This document shows positions 25,744-37,083 of a stretch of DNA of 64,000 nucleotides, piece by piece. Within the stretch, counting starts at the first letter, position 1. Each line of letters starts with the position of its first letter. Made by a program: the position numbers and the translations under genes. The DNA comes from Takakia lepidozioides (Eukaryota > Plantae > Bryophyta), in assembly GCA_030704615.1 (NCBI GenBank), contig CM060731.1, forward strand, positions 13,392,001 to 13,456,000, given 5' to 3'. The notes beneath the pieces were generated by a model, which searched no databases, was not told the DNA's origin, and worked only from the letters and a program-made list of their open reading frames with translations.

Positions 25744-25965
25744 AAGACTGCCAGGATGGCGTGCGGGGAAGCTCCCTGGTAGAAGGGGGATGCAGCGATG
25801 GGAAGGAATGTGGTGCCAATTTGTCCGAGCGACGAAGCCTGATCCAAATCCAGGGAGCCAACTATCTCAAAAATCCACAGTCAGTGTTAATGAACCTTGT
25901 CTCCGGAATGCGGCACCTGGTCTTTGCGCAATAACTGCCAACGGTATGCAGTCAGAAAGTGGGGG

Positions 25966-27062
25966 GCCGTCCGGATGATGTCGGCTGAAGGGGAGAAGCC
26001 GGCACCGTGCCGTCACATTACTACCCCCGAATGGAAATTCGGCACCCAATATCCAACAGGGGCCGCACGGATGAAGTCGTCCGGGGCAGACATGCCGGCA
26101 CCTGTCCGACAAAGAACATCCCCCGGATGGAAATTCAGTGCCGAATTTCCATTCGGATCCCCCCAAAGGAAGTCCTGTCGGGGGGTCAGGCCGAAAACTG
26201 GCCGACATAAAAACCTCCTCGGATGGAAAAACGGCGCCGAATTTCCATCCGAGGCCTTTCGGATGCAGTCGGCTCGGGGGAAAGGCCGCCATCTAGCCCT
26301 CACATTACAACCCCCGGACGGAAATTCGGCACCGAATATACAACAGGGGAAGCCCGGATGAAGTCGCCTCGGGCGTAGAGGCCGGTGCGTGTGCGACAGA
26401 GAACATCCCCTGGATGGAGATTCAGCGCCGAATTTCCATCCGGGCCCCCCCAAAGGAAGTCATGTCGGGGGGTCAGGCCGAAAACTGGCCGGCATAAAAA
26501 CATCCCTAGATGGAAAAACGGCGCCGAATTTCCATCCGGGGCGGTTCGGATGCAGTCAGGGAGGGGGGAGAGGCCGGCACCTGGCCGTCACATTTCAACC
26601 CCCGGACGGAAATTCGGCACCGAATGTCCAACAAGGGACGCCCGGATGAAGTCGCCTCGGGCGTAGAGGCCGGCACGTGTTCGTCAGAGAGCATCCCCTG
26701 GATGGAGATTCGGCGCCGAATTTCCATCCGGGCCCCCCCAAAGGAAGTCGTGTTGGGGGGTCAGGCCGAAAACTGGCCGACATAAAAACCTCCCCAGATG
26801 GAAAAACGGCGCCAAATTTCCATCCGGGGCCGTTCCAATGCAGTCGGGGAGGGGGGAGAGGCCGGCACCTGGCCGTCATATTTCAACCCCGGGACGGAAT
26901 TTCGGCACCGAATATCCAACAGAGCGGCAGAGAGGCCAGCACCTCTCCGATAGAGACCATCCCCCGGATGGAAATTCGGCGCCGAATTTCCATCGGGGCC
27001 CCCTCAAAAGAAGTCGTAAAAACCTCCCAGAATGGAAAAACGGCGCCGAATTTCCGTCCGAG
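25966..27062. repeat. Tandem array, about 288-bp unit, three GGCGCC-centred palindromes per unit
   Basis: Units start near 25971, 26259, 26546, 26834; consensus core GGATGGAAATTCGGCGCCGAATTTCCATCC. Confidence 0.92.
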
Positions 27063-27169
27063 GCTGTTCCGATTTGCCTCTAGCAGTCAAGGATTCCAAG
27101 AAAAACGTGTCTACAAGTGCACTTCAGCCACAAAACAATTGTTTTTCTCCGAAAAATCAATCGGACACG

Positions 27170-27860
27170 GTCAGAATTACCTGCAAGAAGGTAATTCAGC
27201 GCTTCGAAATACCTGGCGAATGGAAATTCGGCGCCGAATATCCATACGCCAGCAATCCGACTTACCTGCTGGATGGAAATTCGGCGCCGGATTTCTATCC
27301 ATCCGGGATTCGAATTACCTGCAGGATGGAAATTCGGCGCCGGATTTCCATCCATCCGCTCTCCGACCAACCTTGCGGATGGAAATCCGGCACCGGATTT
27401 CCATCCATCCGCCTCCGAATTACCTGCGTGAGGGAAATTTCGCGCGCCGCCCTACCTGCGCGGATGGAAATCCGGCGCCGGATTTCCATCCACCCGCCTC
27501 CGAATTACCTGCGTGAGGGAAATTTCGCGCGCCGCCCTACTTGCGCGGATGGAAATCCGGCGCCGGATTTCCATCCATCCGCCTCCGAATTACCTGCGTG
27601 AGGGAAATTTCGCGCGCCGCCCTACCTGCGCGGATGGAAATCCGGCGCCGGATTTCCATCCATCCGCTTCTGAATTACCTGCGTGAGGGAAATTTCGCAC
27701 GCCGCCCTACCTTGCAGGATGGAAATCCGGCGCTGAATTTCCATCCTGCTGCGCTCCGAATTACCTGCAGGATGGAAATCCGGCGCCGGATTTCCATCCT
27801 ACAGCGCTCCGAATTACCTCTACGTTGGAAATTCCGGGCCGAGTTCCGTCGTTTTTCATC
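27170..27860. repeat. Tandem array (about 57- and 85-bp units) of the palindrome GGATGGAAATCCGGCGCCGGATTTCCATCC
   Basis: Perfect 30-bp palindromes (e.g. 27462, 27547, 27632) separated by repeated gaattacctgcgtgagggaaatttcgcgcgcc linkers. Confidence 0.92.
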
Positions 27861-28010
27861 CGACATGGAGGGCTTCATCCGACATTTAATTGCGCAATTG
27901 GGCAATAAATGTCCACCGCCGTCCGTTTTCTTTCGGGCTGGCGACACATGGCTTCCTGGATACGTACCCTAAATCTGATGCTAATCTTGGCTTAACATGC
28001 TATTCGAGGC

Positions 28011-28611
28011 ATGTACCCCAAAAACGGAGATCTTTTTCCATTTTGGCTGGGACTTATGCCGCCTGAAGGGCGTGGCTCTCCTGAGAGAGACCTCACATCC
28101 AAACCGCGGCAGAAGTTGAAAGCTCTGTACTACGGACGACGGCCAATCTCTCGCATGGCCAAACTGAAGCTCCAGCAGGAGATTCCAGTGTCTTGCTCAC
28201 AACCCGCGCCAACTGAAGCCGAGTACTCTCAGGCAAGCCACTTCTGCTTTCACTTTGTTCGATTTCGCTTTTGCTTTTGCTTTCGCTTTGTTGCCTCGCT
28301 TTGTTTTTGCATCTTCATCCTGGCTTCGCTGGATGAATGAACCTTAGATAGTTGAGTGCGTGTGCAAATCCGGCAGCTCTGGAGAAGGCTGCTTGTGCAT
28401 GTCATTCTCAGGCAATGGTTGCATTTGTTTTCATTGTTGTTGCATGGCTCTCCATACTTCCTAAACTTGTTATGTTTTCATTTTTGTTACACGATTGTTG
28501 CCATGGTGGTTGCGATGCTGGTTTTGGCACCGATGTTGGTTCTCACGATTTTGGGAATGACAGAGTGACGACGAGCCCGACACGCTGGTGGTATCATCGA
28601 CTGCTGCAACG
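28011..28611 (+). pseudogene. Candidate 5' exons of the ParB-methyltransferase gene
   Basis: ATG 28011 just downstream of the arrays; possible GC-AG introns; last piece SDDEPDTLVVSSTAAT joins in frame to PQTPMSAH if 28612-32698 is flipped. Confidence 0.4.
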
Positions 28612-31600
28612 CTCACAGCCGTGAAGAATTCCATCATGGCTTCAAAACCAGGGGTGTCTTTAGGCTCTGTACCGCCAGCCCTCTTCTTGGCTTTCCCCTT
28701 CTGCTCCGCCAGAGACTTGCTGTGTGCCACCTTCTTCGCCGTGGCAGCGAGAGCGTCAAGGAAGCTCTCATTGACGCATTGGATGATGGTTGGAGGTTCT
28801 AGCTTTGGCCTGTGCGTAAACGTCACCGCCGAATACCGCCGTGTAGGCTCGCCCTCAAATGCCAACTTCTTGGCAGAGCCAGTCCCGCTCCGAACTGACT
28901 TGGGAACCCGGACGACCGGTGACTGGGTAGGAGCAACAGCAGTCGCAGGACCTTGAACAAAGTCGTCGTCCGAGTCACTCTCTTGGGTCCCCTCCTGCGC
29001 CTCCTCCGATGCCCCGATGGTTTTCTTCTTTTTGGGTGTTACTGCACTCACATGTTTCCTTGTCCTTTTCCTTTGGCCTTTACTCTTCTCATGCAATTTC
29101 TCCTGAATTCGTGCCTGAGCAAGCTCTGCCGCTTTCCTAGAGTTTGCAAGCGCTTTTCCCTCTTTTGCACCCAACGGAGGCAGCGGAGCCCGGTTTCGTC
29201 GGAATTCAGCATCCAGCTTCAATTGAAACTCGGATGGGTCGAGCGAGCCGGGCGGAAGGTCCACATACCAAGGGCAATCACGCAAATGTTCCAGATGCCA
29301 CTCCTTCACAATATCGTCAGTGTACATGGAGTCAGCCCCAAGGTTCCTCCATGCCAGGAAGAATGGTGGCTCGAAAGACAAATGACCTTTCTCCAAAAAG
29401 GAGAACTTGCAGTACCTGCATTCATGAAAAACACAATGAGGTCCGTGAAATGCATATTCGGCACCATTTTCCCAGGTTGGGGCGGATGTGAGTGGGCCTA
29501 GAAATGGAAAAATGGCGCCGAATTTCGGTTTTCGGTGACTGCCACCCTAGGGACTTAGCCATCTTGGGAGCCCTGAACTGGAAATTCGGCGCCATTTTTC
29601 CCGGTTTGGCCCGAAGATGGCTAAGTCCCAGAACCGCAATAGGGCCTAGAACTGGAAAAATGGCGCCGAATTTCCAGTTCAGGGCTAGCCACCCTAGGGA
29701 CTTAGCCCGAAAATGGCTACGTCCCTGAACGGCAATAGGGCCTAGAACTGGAAAATGGCGCCGAATTTCCACTTCAGGGCCAGCCACCCTAGGGACTTAG
29801 CCCGAAAATGGCTAAGTCCTTGAACGGCAATAGGGCCTGGAACTGGAAAATGGCGCCGAATTTCCAGTTCCGGGCCAGCCAGTCTAGGGACTTAGCCCGA
29901 AAATGGCTAAGTCCCTGGATGGCAATAGGGCCTAGAACTGGAAAATGGCGCCGAATTTCCAGTTCCGGGCCAACCAGTCTAGGGACTTAGCCCGAAAATG
30001 GCTAAGTCCCTGAACGGCAATAGGGCCTAGAACTGGAAAATGGCGCCGAATTTCCAGTTCAGGGCCAGCCAGTCTAGGGACTTAGCCATTTTCGGAGCCC
30101 TGACTGGAAATTCGGCGCCATTTTCCCTAACACCACATGAGGCCTCTAACATCCTGAAATGCAAGGACTTGAAAGAAAGGCAGCGCGTATGTACCTGTAC
30201 AGAAGGCGCATTGCAGCTTTGTCCGCGTTCGGCTGGTCGGTGAACTCGTGGCTCCATCTGCTATCCCGAAAGAATAGGTTGGTTTTGTAGAGCAGAAAGT
30301 ACCTTGTCACATAGTCGCGTAGACTCTCTGCTGCAGGAGACATCTCCATCTTGAACTGATGTGCTTGTGTGTCCAGCTGCTCTTGCGCATTCGTCGTCAC
30401 CTGTGGAGATTCTCCATCAGATCGCTTTCCTGAAAAAATACAATGAATCCACCCCCTACTAGAGTAGAAGCCCCAAACGAAGCGTGGGGAAGTACCTGAA
30501 ACCACCATGTCATGCGGTTCATCCACATGTCGAATGTGGGGTCAGAGAGTTTGTCCGGTTTGGGGAAGCTCCACATGTCCCTGGTACTTTGGGAACCATT
30601 CCAGATTTGGAGTCACCGGGTCTGTCCAACCACCCAACATATTCGTAAGCGCCAAACACCACAAAAAGGAGTTGTTGCCACCACAATTTGGTTAAGAATG
30701 TATCACCTTTTCTGTTGCATCCACACAGGATATGGCTAGACGATGGAGCTTCTCCAATGTCATTGTGGGCTTCAGAGCGCGAGAGTAGTGCTTCCCCACC
30801 TCCACCAGAAAGTCGGCACCAAGGGCGGGATCAGCTATGGCCACGTACTTTACCATCCGCGACTTGTACTTTATGCGGGCCCTCACCTCCGCAGCTTTGA
30901 CATACGATTCGAGTGCCGGGAGGGTTGGATTCTTCTCCTCTGACTCTATGTAGAACCTCCGCGCATGTGCCAAATCATGCTGTATTTTTCGTCTGTCAAG
31001 AATGCGCACATAAGATTAGAGATCCTGCTCAACACAATTTCTTCTATTGGGGGAGGAGAGACAGATTAGCTCAACAAAACTGTCAGGAGCTTTACCCGAA
31101 ATATGTAGTCCACCATGGCATCGACGCTCAGCCTATACCAGGTTCTGTCTGCCTTTGCCTCCGACTTGCGCAGGAGGTCGGCACTGAGGGAATTGGCAAA
31201 CTCTTGCACCCCCTGCTTCCCGACATCCTTCACTCGGAAGAGCATATGGGACAAGTTGGTGGCAATGAAGGCATTCTCAGTCACCCTGCAGTGCCACATT
31301 TCCATCAAACAATACTGAAATGGGAATTTTCATCATATATGAGGATTCGCAATGAAATGACTTCCAAATTCAAAGTCCAAAAGCGAGAGGCGTTGTAACT
31401 TACGAGTTGATGTCCGCCATTGCAGCTTTGAGAAGACTGCGATCTTTGGGCCCCGCAACCTTCAGCACAACACACTCCACGGCGAAATGCCAATCGAGGT
31501 CGTTGGGGTGGGCTTGGGCAATGTGCTCCATCCATGCCAGGAGGCGATGATTGCCGTCCCACACGTAGAACATCTTACCGGACAAGTGCTGGAAAAGAGG

Positions 31601-32698
31601 ATCACTAGCAATCGATCTCTCAAACTCCTCATTTCGCGTTTGCCAATGGGGACCCCATTTGTCCACCTCATCGGAAGTGTGGGCACGGGAAGCTCCGTGG
31701 TCGTTCTCAATGGAAACGTAAAACACGGCAGACCCCATTCGATATCCATCCCGGAAAGAGAATTTCAGCTTGTCGATATCGCCTGGGAGGGCAGGTCTCA
31801 CCACCTGCAATGACACCAAGCGGCAAAGGGGAATTCGAAGCTTGGCCGGGTACACCATGCCCCCCAGCACCCTGCCAATGTTGCTGTGGGTTGCCTCCAA
31901 CATCTTGGCAGCGGCCAACTTCATATCCGCCTCTGACATGACGTCTGCTGCAGAGGGGTTTTCCGGCAGCCCACCAGGACCGCCAAATCCAGCCTGTATG
32001 CTCCAGGTTTGGGGCCTGGGGATGTCCGGGAGGATGTCATCTTGGTCAGAAAGCTCCTTGTCGTCCTCCTCAACAGGGTCAGCCACCTGCGAAACCACCT
32101 CCAGCACTCTCCCCGTCTCTACTGCCCTCTCCCTGGCTTCACCTCGAACTTGCACAATCCGTGCTCTTTCTGGTGTTCTTTCCTCTCCTCCACTCTCCAC
32201 CGTATGGGTAATTGCAGGGGCTGCTCTTGCCCACGATGGTCTAACCGGTGTGTTGCTGCCTCTTTGTGGTGTCTTGGAGGGATCCACCGTCTCTGTGTGT
32301 CCCTCACTTACATGGGAATCTGTCAGTTCGGAACCCCTGGCCTCTTCAATGGCCTTTTCTCTTTCCTCCTGGCTAGCCTTGTGTCTTGCCTGTTCTTTTG
32401 CCCTCTCTTTGGCCCTCTCACGGGCTTTCTGTTTCTTATTAGGGCTAGCAGCAGGGGAGCCCGGATGGACAACCACCTTTGAGGTAGGCGAACTGACACC
32501 CTTGCACGCACTGCGAACTCCCCCCTCCGCAGCCCGTGACGGCTCTCGCGCCGGGGATTGCACGTGCTTGGCTTTCTTCTTCTTCTTTGCTTGGACGGGC
32601 CCTACTGCTTCTGCATCAACAACCTCCATTGCCGGATCTGCTGTTCTCACTTCCTCACGCCCCTTCTTTGTTGGATGTGCAGACATTGGTGTTTGAGG
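28612..32698 (-). pseudogene. Spliced gene segment encoding a ParB/Sulfiredoxin-like domain protein
   Basis: IPLCRL..VRP..FYVWDGNHRLLAW (ParB/Srx DGxHR motif); GT-AG introns starting at 31403 and spanning 30194-29416 splice in frame (INS|VTENAF, LLYR|YCKFSFLEKG); at least one apparent stop in the middle exons. Confidence 0.78.
29495..30125. repeat. Intronic tandem array, about 95-bp unit with two hairpins
   Basis: gaactggaaaatggcgccgaatttccagttc plus agggacttagcc-cgaaaat-ggctaagtccct repeated 5-6 times. Confidence 0.92.
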
Positions 32699-33819
32699 CA
32701 TATTGCTTTGTGAAGAGAGGGTCTACGTTCAAATTCCGCAACGACGGTCGTCTTGTTGATGCCACTGTGGACCCTGTAACCTACGATGTCCTCTACAACT
32801 ATGTGCCCCACTCCAGTATGCCGAAGAACACAAAGACAGGCAAACCGTGGCGGTACAGCCGGACGCGGAGCCCTGCTTTCATCCAAACCCTCATGGAGAC
32901 GTGCTCGGATGTCCAAGGGCGGATTCTGGACCTCACATGCGGCACGGGTAAGCCTTCATGTGCTCAGTTTGTCCCCTGGCCCGATTGCAATTGCATGCCG
33001 CAAGCTATTAACCGCCCGCTTTGTTCCTCAGGTGCTTCAATGTGGGCAGGGACGTTGTCCGACAGGCATGTGTTCGCCTTCGAGCCAGATACTGCCCTCC
33101 ACAACTCGGAACTTGCAGCGGCTGAACGTCTGCCGAAAGAGGAAGAGGCATCCTCGGAGGATGAGGAAAAATCCGAGAAGGTTCAGGGGGAGGAAGTTGG
33201 GATCGAGGCCGAGGAGCCCCCGGTTTACGAGTGAGTGGTCGCATTGTAAGTTGCTTCCAGATTTCGTGAGGCACCTCCCTCCGCTCGCTTATTTCATTGA
33301 AAACCCTTTCTGGTTGTGCTGGTATTGACATTCTTGAAGTGGATTTGTTCTTACTGTAGGATGTCAAGTACTGCCGGAGGGACGTCTACACCGGAGTTCA
33401 TGGGCAGGAGGAACGTGCCTTTTTTTGCCAGGGGGAATTTCATGCCTAGTCCAGAAAAGGAGTACATCCTTCCTACTTATGCTGCCCGACTTGCTTCGGT
33501 GTCCATTAGGAGGTGTTCCGAACCTAGTCGTGTACAGCAGATTTTACACGAGGCAAGCCTCAAGAAAATGAAGATGAGGGAGGAGGCAGCAGCTATTAGA
33601 GCCCGTCGGGCTCGTAGATTTGTCTTGGATTCTGCTGAGGAAAGTGGGGGAGAAGACGTAGAAGATTCCCAGGAGGTGAGGTGGACAGTCCCCCAAGGAG
33701 AGGACGGGATTTTTGAGAGGCATAGTGGAACTGATGCATCACAGAGCTCGGAGGATGAGGGGGATGAGGGGGATGAGGAAGAAGGTGGGGCAAGTTCCTC
33801 GGAGGGTGTAGGAGAGTAG
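32699..33819 (+). pseudogene. C-terminal half of a beta-class N4/N6 DNA methyltransferase-like protein with acidic tail
   Basis: After removing intron 32948-33031 it reads RSPAFIQTLMETCSDVQGRILDLTCGTGASMWAGTLSDRHVFAFEPD (motif X-I-II pattern); intron 33231-33359 joins in frame to the acidic exon ending at 33819; no start codon or catalytic motif IV seen. Confidence 0.68.
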
Positions 33820-34574
33820 TGCCCATTCCGGCTATGACAGTTAGAACACACTTGTATAGACGTGGCTTGCCACAAAATTTGCAATAAAATGTTGCATTTC
33901 AAGTCCACTGGTGCCACATTCCAACTTCACATGACCCTATTTCCGTGCCTCCTAACCCTATTTCCGTGGACTCACAATGGTCTGCTCATGCTTTTTTTTT
34001 TCCGCTCATGCTCATGCCGCTCATGAATAGCAGCCCCCGTTTGTAGGCAACCACTCATGAGCAACCACTAGAATAGTGGTTCCAATTACTGCAGTATCTT
34101 TCACCACCCACTCTCCACCACTATCAAAGTGGTACAAATCAATGAGGTGTCTTTAACCACTCAAGATCAACGTGCAGCACTGTCCCCATCCACGTGGAAT
34201 ATTATATTTATGAATTAATACATATTTCCAAATCATAAATCACAAATAAAATTTGAATTATTACACGTGGAGTAGCAAGTGGTTTCAACCACTTCCCATC
34301 ACTGAGGTGTCTATAACCACTCACAATATACCACTGCACTCGTCCACGTGGAATATTTTATTAATTAATAAAATGTATTACCAAATAAATAAATAAACAA
34401 TTTATTACACGTGGACTACTGAGTGGTTGAAACCACTTCCAACCACTGTCTGTGATGCCACCGTGGCATTTCATTGGGATTAACCATTGGCAAGTGGTTA
34501 CTAGTGGTTTATAGAGTGGAAAAAAATAGTAGTGGTTAAAGGGCCAGTGGTTATTCCACGTTTTTCTTCTAGTG

Positions 34575-34949
34575 GTTAGACTGCACATTCCCAACTCCTC
34601 TATAAATTTCTCGAACTTGAGTCGCCCCAGTGGTTTGGTAAATATATCTACAACTTGTTCATTGGTGGGGACATGAACCAAATTGATATGTTTGTTTTCA
34701 ACCTTTTATCATATGAAGTGATGGTGTACCTCGATATGCTTAGTCCTAACATGGAAAACAAGGTCCTTTGCTAGTATAGAACTGCTTTGATCATCACAGA
34801 GCAGGATTGTTGGGCCTTCTTTCAGAATTCCGAGTTCATCAGCAAGTCTTCTGAGCCTAGTTGTCTCCTTAGCAGCTTCTGTAAGGGCTCGGTATTCTGC
34901 CTCAATAGAAGACAGATCGAGCTAAGGTCGACTACTTTTTCAAGCACCA
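34575..34949 (-). pseudogene. Copia RNase H remnant
   Basis: TKHIEVHHHFI, VHVPTNEQVVDIFTKPLGR with stops. Confidence 0.85.
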
Positions 34950-36950
34950 TGTTGAAGAACTGGTTGTGAAACTACAGCTTGAGGACAGTATGGCTAGAAA
35001 TAAAGAATCAGAAGGAGAGAGCACTGTTTATCTAATAAAAAAAAGAGGCCTAATTGAATGCATTAACTGCTGACTATCTACCAACCGAAGAGACTAACCT
35101 TCCTATCAAGACGGTGGCGGTGACGGTGGCGAGAACGGTGGAATAACTATCTACATTCAGCTGATTTCATGCTACACTAAATTCAGTAAATGACTGAGAA
35201 CCGACTAAGTAAACAATAACTAGCTGGTTGCACTAGAGATTCAACATCCCCCCCCAGTCCTCAGACAGCTTGCTTTCAAGATGTCGAAGACCAGACATTC
35301 CAAGACTCTCTCTCTAAACTTCTCCAATTTTATCTGTCCCAACGCCTTTGTGAAAATATCAGCAACTTGTTCGCAAGTTGGCACATGAATCAGATCAATC
35401 TCCTTGCTTTCAACCTTCTTGCGTATGAAGTGGTGGTGCACTTCAATATGTTTAGTCCTTGCATGGGTTTTTGGCAATTTTGGCGCTACTATGGTTATTG
35501 CATAGGAGAGCGGTCGATCCTTCTCCCAAGATTCCGATTTCTTCCAAGAGTCTCCTCAGCCAAGTTGCCTCCTTGGCAGCTTCAGTAAGAGCCCGGTATT
35601 CTGCCTCCATAGATGACAGTGCCACCGTAGATTGTTTCTTGGAGCACCAGGTTATGGCGTTGTTTCCAATGAGAAAGACATATCCACTAGTGGAATGGCG
35701 TTGGTTGTGGTCATTGGCCCAGTCAGCATCCGCATAGCCATTCAATTCATTGCTTGAGCCTTTGCGGTACAACATGTTGTCGAGCGGCTTTTACTCACCC
35801 ATCCCTTCGCTATCCGAGGTGGGAACTCCAAGATAGAAGAGTTGGAAATCTCTAAGCACTCAGCCCGCTTAGAACAATCAGTCATGACCTACAGCTAGTG
35901 TATCATGGGGGTGCTTCCTATTTGTATTCCTTCTGGCATTCATGTTAGCAAGTTACCTTACTGTCTATGATTAAGTATCAGATTGCTTCTGCAATCTACC
36001 ATGTTCTATCTATTCAAACATTCATTCCACAACTTCACTCAGGTCTTTCTACACAGTGTGAGTATGAAATATGTGTCAGATTAATATCTATCAAGTACCA
36101 GGCCGATGGTGTCTCTAATATGCTCTACAGTGCATCTCTACAACTTGCATGAATCAAGCATCATCTTGTCGTATCTCCTCCTCTGTGTAATCTCCATCTT
36201 TGTGCTCCAAGATCGTGCTCTCTGCCTGATCTCCTCAAGTGATGTCCCCAAACTGATCTCCCTCAGTGACGTCCAAGAAGTGCTCCAAGAAGTGACCCCC
36301 TCCATGTTGCCACTTTGCCTATTCTATCTGCAAGCTGTTCTAACCCCCTAACTAACTAACTGTCATTCAAGACAAAATGCACGTTCCCTCTGCAAATGTC
36401 ATTCCCACACAGTCGTTCCCTACCAATGATAACCGTTCCCTGTGAACTCTGTGACGAGCTGTACAAAGCTGTGTCGGGCAGTGACTGTGCCAAGCTGTAA
36501 CTGGCTATGTCGGGCTGTGTAAGATTGTGTCAACAAGCTGTGTGAGGCTTTGTGAGGCTGTGTCGGGCTATGATAGGCTGTGACTGACTGTGATAGGCTG
36601 TGATAGGCTATGTAAAGTTGTGTAAGGCTGTGACAAGCTGTGTCATGCTGTGACAGACTGTGTAAGCCTGTGACTGACTGTGTGAGCCTGCCTACTACCC
36701 CTAAGGCCTATGTCTGTCACCCCTAAGGCCTCTGTTGGTCTGAGTCTACCATCCGTAAGTCTGCGCAAAATTAAGGGTACCCCACAGAACCCGTAAAACT
36801 CTTAAGTCCCAGACAGCCCTCTAACACATGTCGTAGTCCAGAGTTCCCCGAATGTATCTGAAAAAATGCTTCACCGCCTCCAGATGAGGTTCCTGAGGCT
36901 CTGACATAAATCTGCTCACCGTGCTAACTGAGAAGACCAAATCAGGTGCA
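34950..36950 (-). mobile_element. 5'-truncated Copia (RT end, RNase H, PPT, 3' LTR 34950-35246)
   Basis: PDLVFSVSTVSRFM, GYADADWAND, SSMEAEY, ADIFTKAL; G-run PPT before the LTR tgttgaa...ttcaaca. Confidence 0.85.
35778..36826. mobile_element. Solo LTR inserted in Copia pol
   Basis: TG...CA ends, TSD CATGT (35773-35777, 36827-36831); removal rejoins LDYDM|LYRKG; internal ctgtgacagg-like minisatellite at 36450-36690. Confidence 0.88.
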
Positions 36951-37083
36951 TTACAAATCGGCGCCAAATTCTTTGTAGGACGCTCACATGAGCACAAATC
37001 TAGGCTGCTTGCCACCTTTCAAATGCTAGCAATGCTCACATGAGCTCACACAGTGCAAAACCAAATAAGAGAAAAATACTTAC

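Larger units (their letters stand above)
21783..34574. mobile_element. 12.8-kb CACTA-ended element without En/Spm transposase, carrying a MULE-like transposase / ParB / methyltransferase module
   Basis: TIRs CACTAGAAGAAAAACG(C/T)GGAATAACCACT; TSD GTT (21780-21782, 34575-34577); AACCACT/AGTGGT subterminal repeats. Confidence 0.93.

Noticed and set aside
25867-27972. Multiple long ORFs across the arrays
   Set aside because: Artefacts of GC-rich repeats; the same peptide appears on both strands because of the palindromes.
25966-30125. CRISPR-like array of palindromic repeats
   Set aside because: The spacers are themselves repeats, there are no cas genes, and the context is eukaryotic.
31770-32696. 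308-aa plus-strand ORF
   Set aside because: Antisense shadow of the ParB exon.
28612-33819. Bacterial or phage contamination as the source of ParB and methyltransferase
   Set aside because: Both have GT-AG introns and sit inside a CACTA with a TSD nested in a Copia remnant.
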